IMG/VR virus record: IMGVR_UViG_3300046500_000231
Location: 74,070-113,003 of that record
DNA: 38,934 bases
Origin: a virus
Taxonomy: Duplodnaviria > Heunggongvirae > Uroviricota > Caudoviricetes
Reading direction: 5' to 3' (one strand)
Numbering within the stretch: position 1 is the stretch's first letter; every line of letters starts with the position of its first letter. Below, one piece after another: positions 34,251 through 38,934 of the stretch. The notes beneath the pieces are model-generated. The model worked only from the letters and a program-made list of their open reading frames with translations, searched no databases and had not been told where the DNA came from. A program made the translations under genes and the position numbers.

Positions 34251-34608
34251 AAAATCCGACGATCCGTTGCTTCCAGTGGTCGAGACGCTCAATCACCACA
34301 CCCCCGGATTGCTCCCAGGTGTGAATAAAGCGAGAGTCAGGAATGACTATCCCGCAGTGCGCAATAAAGCGCCCTGTCTTGAACATGACGAGCGTGCCCT
34401 CCTTGGGGTGCTCGATGCGCTTCCAGAACTCACGCGAACCCACCATCAGCGCGTGAATCATCCCCGCATCTTCCGGCGCCCCGTAGTCGGGTGGCGTCAC
34501 ACCCGTATCGCGCGCGATGATGTAGCGGCACAGGCCATAACAGTCGAAACTGTCAGGGCCGCGGCCGCCGCGCTCGAAGGGAATGCCGATCAGTTCAGTG
34601 TTCGTCAT
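34228..34608 (-). CDS. Tail assembly protein K (NlpC/P60)
   Basis: GRGPDSFDCYGL and AHCGIV motifs. Confidence 0.88.
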   Translation of the reverse strand: MTNTELIGIPFERGGRGPDSFDCYGLCRYIIARDTGVTPPDYGAPEDAGMIHALMVGSREFWKRIEHPKEGTLVMFKTGRFIAHCGIVIPDSRFIHTWEQSGGVVIERLDHWKQRIVGFYEYCQAS

Positions 34609-34635
34609 GGTGGATAGTCAGAATTGCCTGTTATT

Positions 34636-35271
34636 CTACCTATAAACGCTGCCCGAAGGAACCAGATTGGGCATGCCGCCGAAGTTCACCACGTTCGCGT
34701 GCGCGCGGCACCCGAGCGTGCCGTCGAGTGTGTGGTCGCACGACTTGAGCGCGCCCGTATAGCGGCAGGTGTTCACGTCCTTGTAGACCCAGGGGCAGAA
34801 GTCGCGGCGCTGGATGCGCTTGGGGAATTGCTTGGTGAGCGCGTTCTCGGCGCCCAGGGTAAAAGCCACCTGGTAGTTGGTGGCCGAGGCCGACACCACC
34901 TGGAAATATTCCGTCACCTCCGGCTCGCCGTTCAGGTTGTTCGAGGCGATCACTGACACCTGCACATTGAAGCCCACGCCGCCCGCATACTGCTCCATCT
35001 TCGAGAGCACTTCCTGCGAGTAGTCGAAAAACGAAAGCTGGATCTGCGGCGACTCGCCCGAGCTTGATTGCAACTCCAGCGAAAACTGCACCGCCACGTA
35101 GTTGTGCCCACCCACCACCACGTCTTCGGTGTTGTTCACATAGCGCAGCGTCTCGATGATGGCGCCCGTGGTCGGGTCCGGCACGTCGATAGCGAGCAGC
35201 GCCAGGTAGGCGACGTCCGAGGCGATGCGGTTTTTCTCGATGACTGAGGCGATCGAAATCTTGTTGCTCAT
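34636..35271 (-). CDS. Minor tail protein L-like
   Basis: C-terminal Cys cluster (CPWVYKDVNTC...CDHTLDGTLGC...NFGG); lies between M and K. Confidence 0.8.
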   Translation of the reverse strand: MSNKISIASVIEKNRIASDVAYLALLAIDVPDPTTGAIIETLRYVNNTEDVVVGGHNYVAVQFSLELQSSSGESPQIQLSFFDYSQEVLSKMEQYAGGVGFNVQVSVIASNNLNGEPEVTEYFQVVSASATNYQVAFTLGAENALTKQFPKRIQRRDFCPWVYKDVNTCRYTGALKSCDHTLDGTLGCRAHANVVNFGGMPNLVPSGSVYR

Positions 35272-35637
35272 TTAAGCCTCCTGCACTTTGAAGCTGACGT
35301 CGTAGCGGCGCGTGGCGCCCGCACCCGAATAGGTGAAGGCGAGCTTGGTGTCGGTCGTAAAGCGCACCGCGATCACCGCGCCGTCAGTGGGGTTGGTCCA
35401 GTTGAAAATCACGCTGCCGCCATAGACCGAATCGAAAAACGCCTGCAGCGCGGTCTTCTGGGTTTCGGTCAGGCTCGTGAAGCCCGACGAGAAGGTCTTG
35501 CGCGGGCGGCGCGTGTGGCGCGGGCGCGTGGCGACGTAGCCGCCCTCCATCGAGGAGGCGAGCGCCTGGTTTTCCTGCTCGACCCCGTATTTGCTGGAGT
35601 CTTGCAGGTCCATGTAGGGCATGGAGGTGTAGCTCAT
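35272..35637 (-). CDS. Minor tail protein M-like (distal tail)
   Basis: 121 aa after the tape measure; FNWTNP motif. Confidence 0.75.
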   Translation of the reverse strand: MSYTSMPYMDLQDSSKYGVEQENQALASSMEGGYVATRPRHTRRPRKTFSSGFTSLTETQKTALQAFFDSVYGGSVIFNWTNPTDGAVIAVRFTTDTKLAFTYSGAGATRRYDVSFKVQEA

Positions 35638-35649
35638 GCGTGTGCTCCT

Positions 35650-38600
35650 TTATTTCATTGCGCTTTTCATACCGTCGCGGAAGTTGCCGGGGCTTTGAGC
35701 CGCGGTCAGCACCACGTCGAGAATCAGTTGCTTGCCATCAAAGCGCGGGCCGTTTTGCTGCGCGCCCACAGACTGGCCGGTCTGGTTGATGACGTTCACG
35801 GTCACGGCGGGTGCGGCCCCGCTGCTCGCGTTTGCGTTGTTGCCCGAGTTGCCCTGTGTTTTGAGCGTGACAGGGATCGAGCGCCCGTCGGGCAGCGGCA
35901 CGTAGGCTTCGGCCATCGAGCCTTCGCCGTAGAGCGCAAGCTGCGGGCTGTTGGCGATGCCGCCGTTGGCGTATTTGCGAAGCTGAGCGACGCCGCGGCT
36001 AGTCATGATCCCGCCGTTAGCGAAGGCGCCCAGGCCCATGCCGGCGCTCGTGCCAAAGAGCGCGCCCGAGCCTTCGATGGAGGCGGAGTTCGGCATCGTG
36101 AAGCTGTAGCCGCCGGCGCTGCCCGCGTTTGAGGCGCTAAAGAGCCCACCGATTGCGCCGCCGATGCCCGAGGAGCCGCTGCCGCCCGCGACCTGAGCGA
36201 GCGCCGATGCGGCAGCCATTGCGGCGTTAGCGAGCGTGCCGAGGGAGCTGGTGGTCGCGCCCTGCACGCTGCCCTGTGTGACCATCTGCGCGACTTGATT
36301 GCTCATCGCCTGGGTGGTCTGTTGCACGCCCTGGGTCTGAAGCGCGCTGAAGCTGTATTTGAGGGCGTTGGCGTTGGTGTCGAGCCCCATCAGCGCGTCC
36401 TCGCCCGTCGCAGCGGCAGCGTTGACCGCGCCGGTGCCGGAGGCTGTCGACGCGTTCGGGAAGACGAGCTTGTTGATGCCGCTCGTGAGCGCGTCCAGGC
36501 CGTTCTTGAGCGGCGTGGAGAAGCTCTCCTGCAGCTTGATCTTGAGCACGTCGAGCGCCATGCTTTCGGCGAGCTTGCCCAGGTGGAAGTTGCCCGTCTG
36601 CACAAACTCCATCATCGCGTCGATGACGCTATTGGCCCAAGAGGCTTCGGCCTGCTTCATCTCCTCGAGCGTGTCGTTCCAGTTGCGAACGAGCGCATCC
36701 ATCGGCGTTTCCAGGATGCGCTGGCGCTGCGCGGCGACCACCTGGAGGTGCTGGTTGAACTGCTGCTCGGCCTGAAGCTCAAGGTCGATACCTTGCTGGT
36801 AGCGCTTGGCCTTCTCCTGCGGGTCCGTCTCGGCATCCACGGCCGCCGCGTTCGACTCGCGCAGCGCGCGCATGTCGAGGTTGTATTGGTCGAGATCCTT
36901 GCTGTTCTTCGCGTCGAACTCGGCGGTGGCGCGCTGGCTTGCGAACGGCAAGAGACCCTGCATCGTCTTGTCGTCGCTCTCCTTAAAGCTCGAGGTGAAG
37001 TTCAGGAGGTCCGCGCCGGCGCGGTTGGCGAGCGCCTCGTTCTTGCGCTTGTTCCATTCTTCCCAGCCCTTGGCGCCCTTGCCCAGCCGTTCTTCGGCGC
37101 GCGCAAGCTCACGCTCCAGCGCCCGCATTTCACGGGTCTGTTTGGCCGCGCCGTTCTCGGTGGCGTTCTCCTGCGCCGCCTGCAGGTCGTTCTCGGTGGA
37201 GGCGAGGCGCTCGTTCACAAAGACGATGGCCTTTTTCTGCTCCTCGAGCTCCTTGTTCTTGGCAATCAGGTCGATCGCCGCCTTCACCTGCGCGTTGCTC
37301 GTGTCGAGCGACCCGTCGGCGTTCTTGAACTGGCGGTTGCGCGGATCGTGCGCCTTGTCGAAGTCGCCGCCCTTCCACTTCGCGGTGAATTCAGCCAGTG
37401 CGTCGGCGCGCAGTGCGTCCGCACCCTTGGGGTTGCGCGTGAGCAGCGCACCGAGGTCAGAACCCACGACGCCGTTCTTGGCCTTCAACTGCTCCATGAA
37501 CTTGACAAACGGGTCTTCGAACTCGCGCGTCTTGTGCCCGCCGTTGGCAATCGCGTTCTTGATCGACGCGTCCGAGTCGCCCAGTGCCGGAATGTTGATC
37601 GGCGGCGTTGCGTCCGTGGGCTTGAGCGGTCCCATGAGCGCGCCGTTACCCTTGACCGACACGCCTGCCGCGAAGTCGGCTTCACGCTTGCGCGCGCCTT
37701 CCTTGACGTCTTCCCAGCCTGCGTCCGTGCCGCCCGTAAAGGCTTTCTTGACGCCATCCCACCACGAGCCGTTCTGGTTGACCTTCGCGTGAATCTTGCC
37801 CTTGTCGGCATCGCTCCCGCCCGCGGCTTCACCTGCCACCATCTGGCCCGCGACACCCTTCCACTGCGACGGGTCAAACTTCCAGCTCGCAATGTCGGAG
37901 AACACCCGCTTCATCTGCGTCCAGAAGTTGCCGGCGTTCAGCAGGATCGAGTCGAACCAATGGACGAACCAGTCGGAGACCGTGTGGCCGCCTACCTCAA
38001 GACTCCCCACGAGCTTTGCCAGATCCCATGCGACGATTAGCAGACCGACGAAGGGAATGGCACGCATGAACAAGGCGCCCGCACCGGCAACGAAGCCGCC
38101 AATCGTGCCCAGAAGTCCCGTGAATGCACCGCCCGCGGTGGCCGCGGTGGTGACGGCTGCGCCCGAAAAGAGACCGAAGCCCGTGACAAGCCCGCGCAGT
38201 GCCGCGCCGATGGTGCCAATCAAGCCCGTGCCGAGAAAGCCGCGCAGCGCGAGCGACAAGCCGCCGATGGCCGCCCCGATCGTGGTGATCTTGGTGAGCA
38301 TCGGGTTTTCACGTGCGAAGGCCGCGGCCTGGAGCGCGAAGTCGCGCAAGCCCTGCAGGAGCTTGGTGACTTCCGGCAACACCGACTGGCCGATGGCGAT
38401 ACCCAGATCCTTCACCGATGCCTTGAACGTATCGACAGACGTCCCGTAGGTCTGCATCAGGTCGGCGGAGACGCCGTTGACGTCCTTGCCCTGCTTGGTG
38501 AATTCGCGCTGTTCGTTGATGCGACGGGCCGAAGCCGGGTCCGCGGCCTGCGCCATTGCAGAAGCGGCGGTCGTCTGGATGCCGAGCGCGGCGAGGAGCT

Positions 38601-38934
38601 TGGCGAACGCAAGACCCTGCGCGTGCGGGTCGTTCATGTCGCCGTCTTCGTAATACTTTTTCTGGTTCTCTTTCTTCTGCGTAAAGGCGAGCAGTTGCGC
38701 GTAGTGCTTCTGCAGCCACGCAACCGGGTCGCTCATGGCGAGATCGCCATCGATCAGGCCCGCGTGCTTGGCCTGGCGCTTGATCTGACGCGGATCGTTA
38801 GACGTCACCGCACCCGTGTTGAGCAGCCCCGAGTCGAGGAAGATGCCGGTCGCCTGATCGGTCATCTGCTTGCCCAGCGCGTATTGCTGGAACATTTTGA
38901 AGGACGTGCCCACGCGCGAGACACCGGCGCCCCC
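35650..38934 (-). CDS. Tail tape measure protein, C-terminal part (begins beyond the window end)
   Basis: The frame stays open to 38934. Long helical Ala/Gly-rich protein with the C-terminal FANGGIM...NSPQLALYGEGSMAEAYVPL motif. Confidence 0.9.
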   Translation of the reverse strand, partial: GGAGVSRVGTSFKMFQQYALGKQMTDQATGIFLDSGLLNTGAVTSNDPRQIKRQAKHAGLIDGDLAMSDPVAWLQKHYAQLLAFTQKKENQKKYYEDGDMNDPHAQGLAFAKLLAALGIQTTAASAMAQAADPASARRINEQREFTKQGKDVNGVSADLMQTYGTSVDTFKASVKDLGIAIGQSVLPEVTKLLQGLRDFALQAAAFARENPMLTKITTIGAAIGGLSLALRGFLGTGLIGTIGAALRGLVTGFGLFSGAAVTTAATAGGAFTGLLGTIGGFVAGAGALFMRAIPFVGLLIVAWDLAKLVGSLEVGGHTVSDWFVHWFDSILLNAGNFWTQMKRVFSDIASWKFDPSQWKGVAGQMVAGEAAGGSDADKGKIHAKVNQNGSWWDGVKKAFTGGTDAGWEDVKEGARKREADFAAGVSVKGNGALMGPLKPTDATPPINIPALGDSDASIKNAIANGGHKTREFEDPFVKFMEQLKAKNGVVGSDLGALLTRNPKGADALRADALAEFTAKWKGGDFDKAHDPRNRQFKNADGSLDTSNAQVKAAIDLIAKNKELEEQKKAIVFVNERLASTENDLQAAQENATENGAAKQTREMRALERELARAEERLGKGAKGWEEWNKRKNEALANRAGADLLNFTSSFKESDDKTMQGLLPFASQRATAEFDAKNSKDLDQYNLDMRALRESNAAAVDAETDPQEKAKRYQQGIDLELQAEQQFNQHLQVVAAQRQRILETPMDALVRNWNDTLEEMKQAEASWANSVIDAMMEFVQTGNFHLGKLAESMALDVLKIKLQESFSTPLKNGLDALTSGINKLVFPNASTASGTGAVNAAAATGEDALMGLDTNANALKYSFSALQTQGVQQTTQAMSNQVAQMVTQGSVQGATTSSLGTLANAAMAAASALAQVAGGSGSSGIGGAIGGLFSASNAGSAGGYSFTMPNSASIEGSGALFGTSAGMGLGAFANGGIMTSRGVAQLRKYANGGIANSPQLALYGEGSMAEAYVPLPDGRSIPVTLKTQGNSGNNANASSGAAPAVTVNVINQTGQSVGAQQNGPRFDGKQLILDVVLTAAQSPGNFRDGMKSAMK

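Noticed and set aside
24638-38449. Long plus-strand ORFs opposite the tail genes (e.g. 24638..26539, 28533..29762, 30576..32984, 33075..34328, 36295..38040)
   Set aside because: Antisense shadows of high-GC coding sequence. They are Arg/Val/His-rich with no motifs, and real genes occupy the minus strand.
1-38934. tRNA, rRNA or tmRNA genes
   Set aside because: No cloverleaf or conserved RNA signatures were recognised by eye in the intergenic gaps; tRNAscan-SE or Infernal would be decisive.

Overview
About 39 kb of a high-GC temperate phage-plasmid. Gene content and order resemble SSU5/pHCM2-type elements; a Burkholderiales-like host is an inference from GC content and the small accessory genes. 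From the left: a partial CobT-like gene; a control region with a small leftward gene, an XRE repressor-like gene, a candidate sRNA and an XRE-HTH/PAS sensor; a type Ib partition pair (ParA + RHH adaptor); an iteron origin with a Rep_3 initiator; and an accessory patch with a minimal ATP-dependent ligase, small Cys-rich proteins and a RelE/ParE toxin with two tandem antitoxin-like genes. A long leftward block follows: guanylate-kinase-like, full DNA ligase, WGR-like, primase, HNH, DnaB helicase, an Hfq homologue coupled to the helicase, PhoH and a metallophosphoesterase. The right part holds a lysis cassette and siphovirus tail genes (tail fibre, I-J fusion, K, L, M, partial tape measure). The main unexplained signals are a palindrome AGTCA-N4-TGACT found ahead of most transcription units, the phage Hfq with an atypical rim, the XRE-PAS regulator and a candidate sRNA. 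All calls come from reading the sequence and from recalled family motifs; no database searches were run.
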